Positions 39,636 through 55,174 of a stretch of 64,000 bases of DNA are shown one piece after another. The translations under genes and the position numbers were made by a program. The notes beneath the pieces are model-generated. The model made no database searches. It saw only the letters and a program-made list of their open reading frames with translations, and was not told where the DNA came from. The stretch is from Dehalococcoidales bacterium (GTDB lineage Bacteria > Chloroflexota > Dehalococcoidia > E44-bin15), in contig JAAXQM010000016.1 of NCBI GenBank assembly GCA_012974295.1, positions 121-64,120 of the forward strand, read 5' to 3'. Position 1 is the first letter of the stretch. Every line of letters begins with the position of its first letter.

Positions 39636-40559
39636 ATGCTCGTTGAAGAAGAGCTATCCAGGTCGGTACCAGAAGGGGATACGGCACTTACTATCGGGGT
39701 TCTCGATGGGGTTCATATAGGTCACCAGGCTCTTATTACTAAACTTAAGGAGAAGGCAGCTGCGAAGGAGCTAATAAGCGGGGTGGTAACCTTTCAGCAC
39801 CATCCCCGGCTGGTTTTCTCGCCACAGTCCAAGATTACCTCGTTAACCAGCCTTCAAGAGCGGATTAGGCTCCTAAAAAATCTCGGAGTAGCACATGTCG
39901 TTACCCTCTCTTTTACCCCCGAGCTTTCCCAGCTTAGTGCCCGAGAATTCATCGTGCTGATTAAGCGCTACCTTAAGATGCGGGCACTGGTTATCGGGCC
40001 CGACTTTGCCCTGGGCAAGGGGAGAGAGGGAGATGCCCAAGCCCTTACGGCGCTGGGGGAGGAGCTCAACTTCACTGTTGAGGCAGTGCCTCCTCTGGTA
40101 TGGCATGGGAAGGTGGTGAGCAGCACAGCGATCCGTGGGGCGCTATCCCGAGGCGATGTGACCAAAGCAAATGAACTCTTGGGGCGGCGCTTCGCTCTGA
40201 CAGGACAGGTGTCAAAAGGCGATGGGCGAGGCAAGAGCCTGGGCTTTCCGACAGCAAACCTCATCGCGGACCGAAATCAGGCCCTGCCGGCTGACGGAGT
40301 CTATGCCGCTCGTGTCTTCTATAGTGAAATGGTTTATCAGGCAGTCATAAACATCGGCCTTCGTCCCACCTTCGATGGTCATCATCGCCTTGTCGAGGCT
40401 CACATCCTCGATTTCACCGGGGATCTCTACGGACGAGATATTAACATCGAATTAGTAGAACAGCTGCGTGGAGAGGAGAAGTTTCCAAGCGCCGAGGAGC
40501 TCAAGGCTCAGATAATAAGAGATGTGGCGCAAGCGAAATCACTGCTTGAGCGCTCCTGA
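39636..40559 (+). CDS. ribF: Bifunctional riboflavin kinase/FAD synthetase
   Basis: DGVHIGHQ, VSSTAIR, LGFPTAN, NIGLRPTF, EAHILDF. Confidence 0.96.
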   Translation: MLVEEELSRSVPEGDTALTIGVLDGVHIGHQALITKLKEKAAAKELISGVVTFQHHPRLVFSPQSKITSLTSLQERIRLLKNLGVAHVVTLSFTPELSQLSAREFIVLIKRYLKMRALVIGPDFALGKGREGDAQALTALGEELNFTVEAVPPLVWHGKVVSSTAIRGALSRGDVTKANELLGRRFALTGQVSKGDGRGKSLGFPTANLIADRNQALPADGVYAARVFYSEMVYQAVINIGLRPTFDGHHRLVEAHILDFTGDLYGRDINIELVEQLRGEEKFPSAEELKAQIIRDVAQAKSLLERS

Positions 40560-40589
40560 ATATAGAGGAGAGATTTAGATAACGGGGCA

Positions 40590-41807
40590 ATGGAGAAAAC
40601 AACGACCAGTGAGCCCAACAGGCACCTTCTGAAAAGAGGGGTCGCAGATATTATCATTGAGGAGGAGCTGGTAAAGCTCCTGGAGTCCGGCCGAAAACTT
40701 CGTCTCAAGCAGGGCTTTGACCCCAGCTGCCCCGACATCCACCTTGGACACGTGGTTGGACTGAGAAAGCTGCGTCAGTTTCAGGAACTGGGGCACCAGG
40801 TCATACTCATAGTCGGCGACTGGACCGCTCAGATCGGTGACCCCAGCGGTGTATCGCAGACCCGTCCCATGCTCTCACCGGAAGAGGTACGCTCCAATGC
40901 CGAAACCTATATGAAACAGTTCTTCAAGGTAGTGGATCGGGAAAAGACCCAGGTCGTCTGGCAGAGCGAATGGTTTGGGAAGTTCAGCCTTGCAGATGTT
41001 ATTGGGCTTGCCAGTAAATTCACCGTGGCCCAGATGCTACAGCGGGATGATTTTTCTAAAAGGTATGCCTCAGGGCGTCCCATCGCCGTCACCGAGTTTC
41101 TCTACCCTCTGCTTCAAGCCTATGACTCTGTTGTCATCGAGGCTGACGTCGAGTTCGGGGGCACTGATCAGACCTTCAATTGCCTGGTAGGGCGCGAGCT
41201 TCAGCAGATGATAGGGCAGCCCCCGCAGCAGGTCTTCCTCGTTCCCCTGCTGGTGGGCACAGATGGCAGCATGAAGATGTCGAAAAGCCTGGGGAATTAC
41301 ATTGCCATCGACGAACTACCTGATGAGATATACGGAAAGGTGATGAGCATCCCAGACAACCTTATGATGGATTATTTCGAGCTCCTTTCCGATATCCCCG
41401 ATGAAGAGCTTGCCGAGTTCCGCAAGGCTATTGATAACAACTCGGTGAACCCTATAGTCTTGAAGAAGCGATTGGCTCACGAGCTTGTGGAACAGTTTCA
41501 TGAAAAGAAGGCTGCAAATGAAGCAAAGGCCCATTTCGAGAGGGTAGTTCAGAGGAAAGAGATGCCAGAAGAGATACCTGGAGTTTGTATTGAAATCGGA
41601 TCTGGAACCATTCCAATCTGTGGTCTATGTGTCGAGACAGGCCTTGCAAAGAGCAACAGTGAAGCAAAGCGTCTTCTATCACAAGGAGCCATTCAGATAG
41701 ATGGCGAGCGGGTTAACACCGATACAGTGTGCATTAAAGATGGTAGTGTTATCAAGGTAGGTAAACGACGCTTCGTAAGAATAGTCGATGCCGATAAGCG
41801 ATCATAA
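40590..41807 (+). CDS. tyrS: Tyrosyl-tRNA synthetase
   Basis: GFDPS..HLGH, YPLLQAYD, GGTDQ, KMSKS; S4 domain. Confidence 0.98.
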   Translation: MEKTTTSEPNRHLLKRGVADIIIEEELVKLLESGRKLRLKQGFDPSCPDIHLGHVVGLRKLRQFQELGHQVILIVGDWTAQIGDPSGVSQTRPMLSPEEVRSNAETYMKQFFKVVDREKTQVVWQSEWFGKFSLADVIGLASKFTVAQMLQRDDFSKRYASGRPIAVTEFLYPLLQAYDSVVIEADVEFGGTDQTFNCLVGRELQQMIGQPPQQVFLVPLLVGTDGSMKMSKSLGNYIAIDELPDEIYGKVMSIPDNLMMDYFELLSDIPDEELAEFRKAIDNNSVNPIVLKKRLAHELVEQFHEKKAANEAKAHFERVVQRKEMPEEIPGVCIEIGSGTIPICGLCVETGLAKSNSEAKRLLSQGAIQIDGERVNTDTVCIKDGSVIKVGKRRFVRIVDADKRS

Positions 41808-41922
41808 GTTCCCCACGTGCCCTCACCCCCTTCCCTGCTAGAGTACGTAAAAGGATTTCCGACTTCCTATTAGTAACGATTAGCGGTATAATGTTTTAAA
41901 TCGCTAATCTTAGAGGTGTAGC

Positions 41923-42978
41923 ATGCAGTTACGTATTCCCGGGCCAACCCCGCTCCCCGATGAAATACTGAAAGCATTATCGAATCAGATGATCAGTCAT
42001 CGTGGGCCACAGTTCACCGAGATTGTACGAAGAGTCACCGAGAACCTAAGGGATATATTTCAGACCAAGGGGGATATCTTTATCCTCACTTGCTCCGGTA
42101 CCGGCGGCATGGAGGCAGCTATCGTTAATACCCTTTCGCCGGGAGACAAGGTGCTATCAGTGGCAAACGGGGCTTTTGGCGATCGCTTTGCCGATATTGC
42201 CGAGACATTCGGTGCTGAGCTTGAACGGCTCCGTTTTGAATGGGGCACCGCTGTTGACCCACAGGAGGTGCGAAAGACGCTATCCAAGGATGCCGGGATT
42301 AAGGCAGTACTGGTAACCCACAATGAAACCTCCACTGGATTAACCAACGATTTAGAGGCTATAAGCGCTGTTGTTCGAGAATACGATAAGCTCCTTATAG
42401 TAGACGCCATCAGCAGCCTGGGGGCTATCAACCTACCTGTCGACAGGTGGGGATGCGACGTGGTTGTTACAGGCTCGCAGAAGGCATGGATGTCCCCTCC
42501 CGGTCTTGCAATGGTCAGCGTCAGTGAGCGGGCGTGGAAAGCACATGCCAAGGCCAAGATGCCCAGGTTCTACTGGGACTTCGCCAAGGCCAAGAAATCT
42601 CTTGATAAATTACAGACCCCCTTTACCCCTGCCGTATCCATGTTCTATGCCCTCGATGCTGCCCTAGAGCTGTTTCAACGAGAGGGGCTACAAAACATCT
42701 TTGCACGTCATGCCCGTATTGCCGCCAAAACAAGGGACGAAGTGAAATCACTGGGGCTTTCCCTTTTTGCTGATGAAAGATATGCTTCAAACGCGATTAC
42801 AGCGATTAAGGCGACGAAAGGTCTCGACTCAAAGCAGCTTCTCAAGATCCTGCGCGAGGAATACGATACTGTCCTTGCCGGAGGACAGCAGCGGCTGGAT
42901 GGCCAGATCTTGCGTGTCGGCCACCTCGGCTACGGACACGAACAGGATATCGATGCCGTAGTCGATGATTCAAAATGA
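41923..42978 (+). CDS. Class V PLP aminotransferase (alanine-glyoxylate / SerC-like); C-terminus appears clipped
   Basis: LRIPGPTP, SGTGGMEAA, HNETSTG, VDAISS, GSQKAWMSPPG, RVGHLG; upstream of serA. Confidence 0.92.
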   Translation: MQLRIPGPTPLPDEILKALSNQMISHRGPQFTEIVRRVTENLRDIFQTKGDIFILTCSGTGGMEAAIVNTLSPGDKVLSVANGAFGDRFADIAETFGAELERLRFEWGTAVDPQEVRKTLSKDAGIKAVLVTHNETSTGLTNDLEAISAVVREYDKLLIVDAISSLGAINLPVDRWGCDVVVTGSQKAWMSPPGLAMVSVSERAWKAHAKAKMPRFYWDFAKAKKSLDKLQTPFTPAVSMFYALDAALELFQREGLQNIFARHARIAAKTRDEVKSLGLSLFADERYASNAITAIKATKGLDSKQLLKILREEYDTVLAGGQQRLDGQILRVGHLGYGHEQDIDAVVDDSK

Positions 42979-43226
42979 AGACCGAGGAGATCGGTGTCGG
43001 ATCCCGGTTAGGAATGCGTGGGCTAAGAAATAGGGGCCTGATTGAAATATCAGAAGACCCCAAGAGTGGGGATTTCGTCCTCTTTATCAGTAAAGGCATC
43101 CGTGATAACTGGTACCGGAGGTGGCTCAAGATAAACCTCCCTCAGGGTATGTGGCGGGTGAAGTGTTCAAAGGAGGAGGTCCCCGAGGCAGTGAATAAAT
43201 TCCTCTCTGAAGACATTTTAACATAG
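42975..43226 (+). CDS. Hypothetical protein or gene fragment
   Basis: 83 aa ORF with ATGA overlap, filling the gap before serA. Confidence 0.55.
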   Translation: MKTEEIGVGSRLGMRGLRNRGLIEISEDPKSGDFVLFISKGIRDNWYRRWLKINLPQGMWRVKCSKEEVPEAVNKFLSEDILT

Positions 43227-43282
43227 AGTCGAGTACTCGATTTGATGCAGGTTAAGGGAGAAAACGGAAAGAAGGGGCGGAA

Positions 43283-46913
<3,631 letters not shown>

Positions 46914-46924
46914 AGGAGTGGAAA

Positions 46925-47362
46925 ACGGCTAAGGTATTGATTGTTTACCATTCCCAGACGGGGAATACCGAGGAGATGGCCCAGGCCGTAGCGGAAGGGG
47001 CACGGTCGGTGCCAGGAACGGAGGTCATTCTTAAGCGTGCCTTTGATGCCACCGTTGACGACCTCATAGGCTGCGATGCGGTAGCGTTTGGCACGTCAAC
47101 AAACTTCGGCTACATATCAGGTGGTTTAAAGGACTTCTTCGACCGGAGTCTCGTCCAGTGTCAGGATAAGGCTATAGACAAGCCATACTGTACCTTTACC
47201 AGCAGCGGTATGGGTAAAAGGAAAGCCCTAGATATACTGGATGGCATATGTTCCGCCTTTAAATTGAGGAAGGTTTGCGAAGGTGTCATGGCTCCCGGTA
47301 AAGCCACCCCCGAGATCCTGGAAGAGCTACGGGAGATGGGTAAAAAGCTGGCCACTGCTTAA
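46925..47362 (+). CDS. Flavodoxin/WrbA-like FMN protein; apparent ACG at the expected start
   Basis: (M)AKVLIVYHSQTGNTEEMA, FGTSTNFG..LKDFFDR; AAGGAG-6nt-ACG in frame; first canonical start is TTG at 46937. Confidence 0.85.
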   Translation, partial: TAKVLIVYHSQTGNTEEMAQAVAEGARSVPGTEVILKRAFDATVDDLIGCDAVAFGTSTNFGYISGGLKDFFDRSLVQCQDKAIDKPYCTFTSSGMGKRKALDILDGICSAFKLRKVCEGVMAPGKATPEILEELREMGKKLATA

Positions 47363-47477
47363 CCTTTCCTGCTTACTCTAAACCAGGTGAGCCCAAATAA
47401 AAAATAGGCCTACGGGAAATCTAGTATCCAAGCAGAAGGTGCAGCTCAGCATTAACGAATATGTTGCTAGTTTAACG

Positions 47478-48044
47478 ATGAAACTTATTATCGGGTTGGG
47501 AAATCCAGGCAAGAGCTATGCCGGTAACCGCCATAACATGGGATTTCAGTGTCTAGAATACTTCGCGAGTCGTTACCGCATACCCATAAATAAGCGACGG
47601 TTAAGGCTCAAATCGCTGAAGGCTAAATATGGCATGGGCGAGGTTGCAGGCTTGCAGGTGGTGCTTGCCAAACCCCGGACTTACATGAACAACAGCGGGG
47701 AGGCAGTGGGGCAACTGATGCGCCGTTTGGACGTACAGATGGAAAACCTGATCGTGATCTACGATGACATGGACTTGCCCCTGGGCAAACTGCGCATCCG
47801 CCAGAGTGGTGGCGCGGCCGGGCATAATGGCCTCTCCTCAATCATCAGGTCACTGGGGAGCGAGGAGTTCCCCCGCATCCGCGTAGGCATCGGCCGGCCC
47901 GATGTCGATGAGGTATCCTACGTATTAGGCAATTTCACTGCCGAGGAAAAGAATATCGCCAGGGAAACTGTGGTACGGGTCTCCGATGTCATACTTTGCA
48001 TACTGACTGAGGGGCTCGAGGCCGCGATGAATCGCTACAACTAA
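47478..48044 (+). CDS. pth: Peptidyl-tRNA hydrolase
   Basis: MKLIIGLGNPG, NRHNMG, KPRTYMNNSG, YDDMDL, GHNG, RIRVGIGRP. Confidence 0.98.
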   Translation: MKLIIGLGNPGKSYAGNRHNMGFQCLEYFASRYRIPINKRRLRLKSLKAKYGMGEVAGLQVVLAKPRTYMNNSGEAVGQLMRRLDVQMENLIVIYDDMDLPLGKLRIRQSGGAAGHNGLSSIIRSLGSEEFPRIRVGIGRPDVDEVSYVLGNFTAEEKNIARETVVRVSDVILCILTEGLEAAMNRYN

Positions 48045-48215
48045 TCCCGGCTTATTAGTATGGTATAACTTAACAATAGCTATGAGGTCGAGAGTAATGC
48101 TCGTTATATTACAGATCTCATCATGCGCAAATATCAGTGAGGGTTTAAGCGGAATATTTTACAGGTAAAGCTCCACATAAGTACAATTTACCCCATAAGA
48201 GGTAGGAGGTAGATT

Positions 48216-48953
48216 TTGAAAATTGCACAGGTTGCCATGGTTTTACTCTTGGGCATTGTTCTGATGTCCGGATTAGCATGCGGAAATAGCGGCGTGGAGC
48301 CTACACCCACACCAGGACCTGATCCTACCCCTCCTCCAGTGGAGGGGAGTGTTGAGTTACCAGAAGCCTATCAGTACACTAGAGCATGGGCACGAGATGA
48401 TGAAACGATAGTAATGCATATATGGGTAAAAGGTGAGAAATCCAGGGCCGACTGGAGCTTATATGAGACGTCCCCAGCAAAGAACGAGAAGATCAAATTT
48501 ATAGACGACGGCGAATATAAATGGATTTACGAAATGGATGAACATTGGGCCGCTAAGTATCAAACAGAGGATATGGTGCACCCGGCTGAAGAGCACATGC
48601 TGTGGTTTTCCGAAAATTACTACGGCAACATGTCAGAAGGCGATATACTCTCTGCGATGCAGGCTACTTGTGATATTGACACCCAATGTTCTCGCGCGTC
48701 TATCACCGGCCACGAAACCATCGATGGGCAACCTTGCACCAAATATACCTACAGAGCTTATGATGATTCTGAGATTGTCTATTGGATATCGAACAGCGGT
48801 TATCTTGTACAGGTCGAGTATACGGATACCGCGGGTTGGACTACGACTATGAAATTTACCGACATAGACCTGAACCCGAGTGTATCCGATGATATTTTCG
48901 ACATCAGTAAGGTAGCGCCGGGCGCTATAATAGTAGACATGACAGCATCGTGA
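48216..48953 (+). CDS. Predicted lipoprotein with Pro/Thr linker and LolA-like beta domain
   Basis: Signal peptide with lipobox GLAC, PTPTPGPDPTPPP, GHETIDGQPCTKY, VSDDIF; AGGAGG SD. Confidence 0.8.
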   Translation: MKIAQVAMVLLLGIVLMSGLACGNSGVEPTPTPGPDPTPPPVEGSVELPEAYQYTRAWARDDETIVMHIWVKGEKSRADWSLYETSPAKNEKIKFIDDGEYKWIYEMDEHWAAKYQTEDMVHPAEEHMLWFSENYYGNMSEGDILSAMQATCDIDTQCSRASITGHETIDGQPCTKYTYRAYDDSEIVYWISNSGYLVQVEYTDTAGWTTTMKFTDIDLNPSVSDDIFDISKVAPGAIIVDMTAS

Positions 48954-49006
48954 GACTCAGAGAGTAATATCGATACATCTGGAATTTCTTGAAGGAGCAT
49001 TAAACT

Positions 49007-50110
49007 GTGAAAGTATTAACTGGAGTCAAGATACCAATCATTCTTGTCGGTTTACTTGCTGTCTGTCTGTATATGTCATGTGCTAATACCGATGAGAGTG
49101 TTGCTTTCCCCGATTCCAACCTTGAGGCTGCGGTGCGCACAGCGATCGATAAGCCGACTGGATCTATATCTAAATTCGACCTAGAAAGCCTGACCGAGCT
49201 CGATGACAACGGAAGCGGTATCATCGACCTAACTGGTTTGGAATATTGCGTTAACCTGACTTCGCTTAATATTACGAGGAATCAGGTTAGTGACATCTCA
49301 CCACTCTCAAAACTTACAAAGCTTACTACCCTATACCTTGAGTATAACGAGAAGATAACAGACGTCTCCGCACTCGCAAATCTCACAAATCTCACGCATT
49401 TAAATATTAAGTACAATAAGATAAAAGACATCAGTCCACTTGCTAATCTCACGAATCTGACCGAATTGACGATTCACAAGAACCACATAGACGACTTCTC
49501 CCCTATCTCTAACCTTACCAACCTGATAACTCTATCTGCAGGGAGGAATCCGGCAAGCGATATATCTTCACTTTCTAACCTCACAAATCTGACGGTGCTC
49601 GCCCTTGACAGATCTGAGGTAGAAGACATTTCTCCTCTTACCAATCTTACAGGCCTGACCAGTCTCGATCTTTACGAGAACCGGATAAACGATATCTCCC
49701 CCCTCTCAAATCTCACAAACCTCGCTAGTCTCACACTTCACGATAATGAGATAAGCGACCTCAGCCCCCTTGCTGCCCTCACAAAGCTGGATTATCTCAC
49801 ACTTTTTGGCAATCAGATAAGCGATATCTCCGCCCTTGCGAATCTTACAAACCTAACCCGCGTCGACCTTTATCACAATGAGATAAGCGACCTCACTCCG
49901 CTTGTTAAACTCACAAAGATGGAATTAATTACTCTTATGCATAATCAGATAAACGATGTCTCCCCGTTATTGAGTCTAAGCGGTCTCGACCCGGCGAACG
50001 CTGTGGATTTACGTGGGAACCCAGTGAGTGAAACCTCGATAAACGTCTATATACCTCAGCTTGAGCAAAGAGGTTTGCATATAATATGGGATCCCCCAGC
50101 TACGCCATAG
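49007..50110 (+). CDS. Internalin-type leucine-rich-repeat protein, probably a lipoprotein
   Basis: Signal peptide with Cys (YMSC), FPDSNLEAAVR cap, about 11 22-aa repeats ISDISPLANLTNLTxLxLxxN. Confidence 0.92.
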   Translation: MKVLTGVKIPIILVGLLAVCLYMSCANTDESVAFPDSNLEAAVRTAIDKPTGSISKFDLESLTELDDNGSGIIDLTGLEYCVNLTSLNITRNQVSDISPLSKLTKLTTLYLEYNEKITDVSALANLTNLTHLNIKYNKIKDISPLANLTNLTELTIHKNHIDDFSPISNLTNLITLSAGRNPASDISSLSNLTNLTVLALDRSEVEDISPLTNLTGLTSLDLYENRINDISPLSNLTNLASLTLHDNEISDLSPLAALTKLDYLTLFGNQISDISALANLTNLTRVDLYHNEISDLTPLVKLTKMELITLMHNQINDVSPLLSLSGLDPANAVDLRGNPVSETSINVYIPQLEQRGLHIIWDPPATP

Positions 50111-50403
50111 ATACCAATACTGACCCCAACATCTTAGAAGGAATAACTCTTCTCGTTTGGGAGGTAAACAACCCCCCCGATGGACTCTTTGCAGCTAGTG
50201 TGCACTACGCTTTATCTCAAGACGAGGCAAATGTATACCTCTATCTCCAGAAATAATCCGATACCTTACACAAACAGGAGATATGAAGCGCCAAGATGGG
50301 TAACCTTGATACGATGACAGGCGACCTTTCACGTAAGAAGCATCTCCTCTTCAGTTGCGGCAATTAAGTTCAGGGTGCTATAATCCCATTTAGTCTGTTT
50401 CAC

Positions 50404-50898
50404 ATGGCTATGGACATGGAACGAGGGTTGTTCATTACCGTTATCGGCGCCAGCGACTGCTCCGCCGAGGAGACCAGGCTCGCCGAGGAGGTGGGACGCG
50501 AACTAGCAAGGCGCGGTGTCACTCTAATCTGCGGCGGCTTGGAAGGGGTGATGGAGGCAGCATGTCGTGGGGCCGCCTCTCAAGGTGGTGTTACTATCGG
50601 CATTCTGCCCGGTAACAGCCGTAAGGATGCCAATGCTTACGTTCAAATCCCTATCGTTACCGGCATGGGCTATAGCAGAAACGCCATCGTCGCCAAGTCA
50701 GGTCAGGCGGTTATCGCCATCGGCGGCAGCTACGGGACCCTTTCCGAGATCGCCTATGCGCTGCAAAGTGGCACCCCTGTTATCGGCCTGGGTACCTGGT
50801 CGCTAGCCAGGGGAGGGGTGACGGAAAGCTCAATAATCGTAGCGCTCAATCCAGCGGATGCTGTGGAAAAGGCCCTCGGTTTAATACGGAGGGGCTAA
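50404..50898 (+). CDS. TIGR00725 / LOG-like Rossmann-fold protein
   Basis: CGGLEGVMEAA, TGMGYSRN, GGSYGTLSE. Confidence 0.92.
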   Translation: MAMDMERGLFITVIGASDCSAEETRLAEEVGRELARRGVTLICGGLEGVMEAACRGAASQGGVTIGILPGNSRKDANAYVQIPIVTGMGYSRNAIVAKSGQAVIAIGGSYGTLSEIAYALQSGTPVIGLGTWSLARGGVTESSIIVALNPADAVEKALGLIRRG

Positions 50899-50980
50899 TC
50901 AATGAATTGGAATGCCAGGTATAATAAGAGCCTGGATTGCAACCTAATTTGGCTTAGGGTAATAAGGGCGAAAATGGTGA

Positions 50981-53322
<2,342 letters not shown>

Positions 53323-53344
53323 TAATATTTCCGTAAGTATGTAA

Positions 53345-54370
<1,026 letters not shown>

Positions 54371-54465
54371 TTTTTTCCTTGGATCAACAAAGGTTACACG
54401 GGAGTTTAGAATCACTAATAAGCGTTAGCCAGTAATTCATACGGAGCCAGGATCATGACGTTAAA

Positions 54466-55104
54466 ATGACAAGTGTAGAGCAATGGAGGCTAATCGGCAA
54501 AGAGCTGGCAACTCATATTCCCTTTACTGTTTTCGGAGCTGTAACGGCGATTGTCTTTATGTTGATTGTAATCTGGGGCGGCTTTCTCGACCAGGTTTCC
54601 CGCTCATCCGAGACGATTTTTTACATCCTCCATCCCGCACATATCGTCTTAAGCGCTGTGGTAACCACGGCGATATATAAAACGCTCGGTAACGGAAAAC
54701 TCTGGGCAGTCATCGTGATCGGTTTCACCGGCAGCATCGGCATCGCTACCCTGAGCGATTCAATCATTCCCTATTTGGGAGCGTGGCTGGCTGTCTTACC
54801 AGGCAGGGAACTTCACATCGGTTTCATTGAAGAACCATGGATCACTATCCCCCCGGCATTTCTAGGCATCGCAATCGGTTTCTGGAGACCGATCACCAAA
54901 TTCCCTCACGCTGGTCACGTTCTGATCAGCACCTGGGCCTCACTATTCTTCATTATTATGGCATTGGGGGAAACAGTAACTTGGCTGCAATATCTTACCA
55001 TCTTTCTCTTCCTATTCCTTGCCGTTTGGATTCCCTGCTGCATGAGCGATATCATTTATCCCCTGCTATTCGTTAGAGGGGCTAAATTCCATCATCACCA
55101 TTAA
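54466..55104 (+). CDS. His-rich integral membrane protein of unknown function
   Basis: 212 aa, about 6 TM; HIPFT, HPAH, SD, PHAGH, CCMSD, C-terminal HHHH. Confidence 0.8.
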   Translation: MTSVEQWRLIGKELATHIPFTVFGAVTAIVFMLIVIWGGFLDQVSRSSETIFYILHPAHIVLSAVVTTAIYKTLGNGKLWAVIVIGFTGSIGIATLSDSIIPYLGAWLAVLPGRELHIGFIEEPWITIPPAFLGIAIGFWRPITKFPHAGHVLISTWASLFFIIMALGETVTWLQYLTIFLFLFLAVWIPCCMSDIIYPLLFVRGAKFHHHH

Positions 55105-55174
55105 TTCGAATCTAGCGAAACGCGCTAATTTAATATATAATCGAGACACAACCGTCTAGCTAGGAGGAATTTCC

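Noticed and set aside
47363..47440. Imperfect long palindrome between the flavodoxin gene and pth as an ncRNA
   Set aside because: Only the outer CTGCTT/AAGCAG arms pair well, and it matches no RNA family I recognise.
49200..49980. 66-nt periodic repeats as a CRISPR array or DGR target
   Set aside because: They are in-frame LRR coding repeats, with no spacers, cas genes, reverse transcriptase or adenine-specific TR/VR pair.
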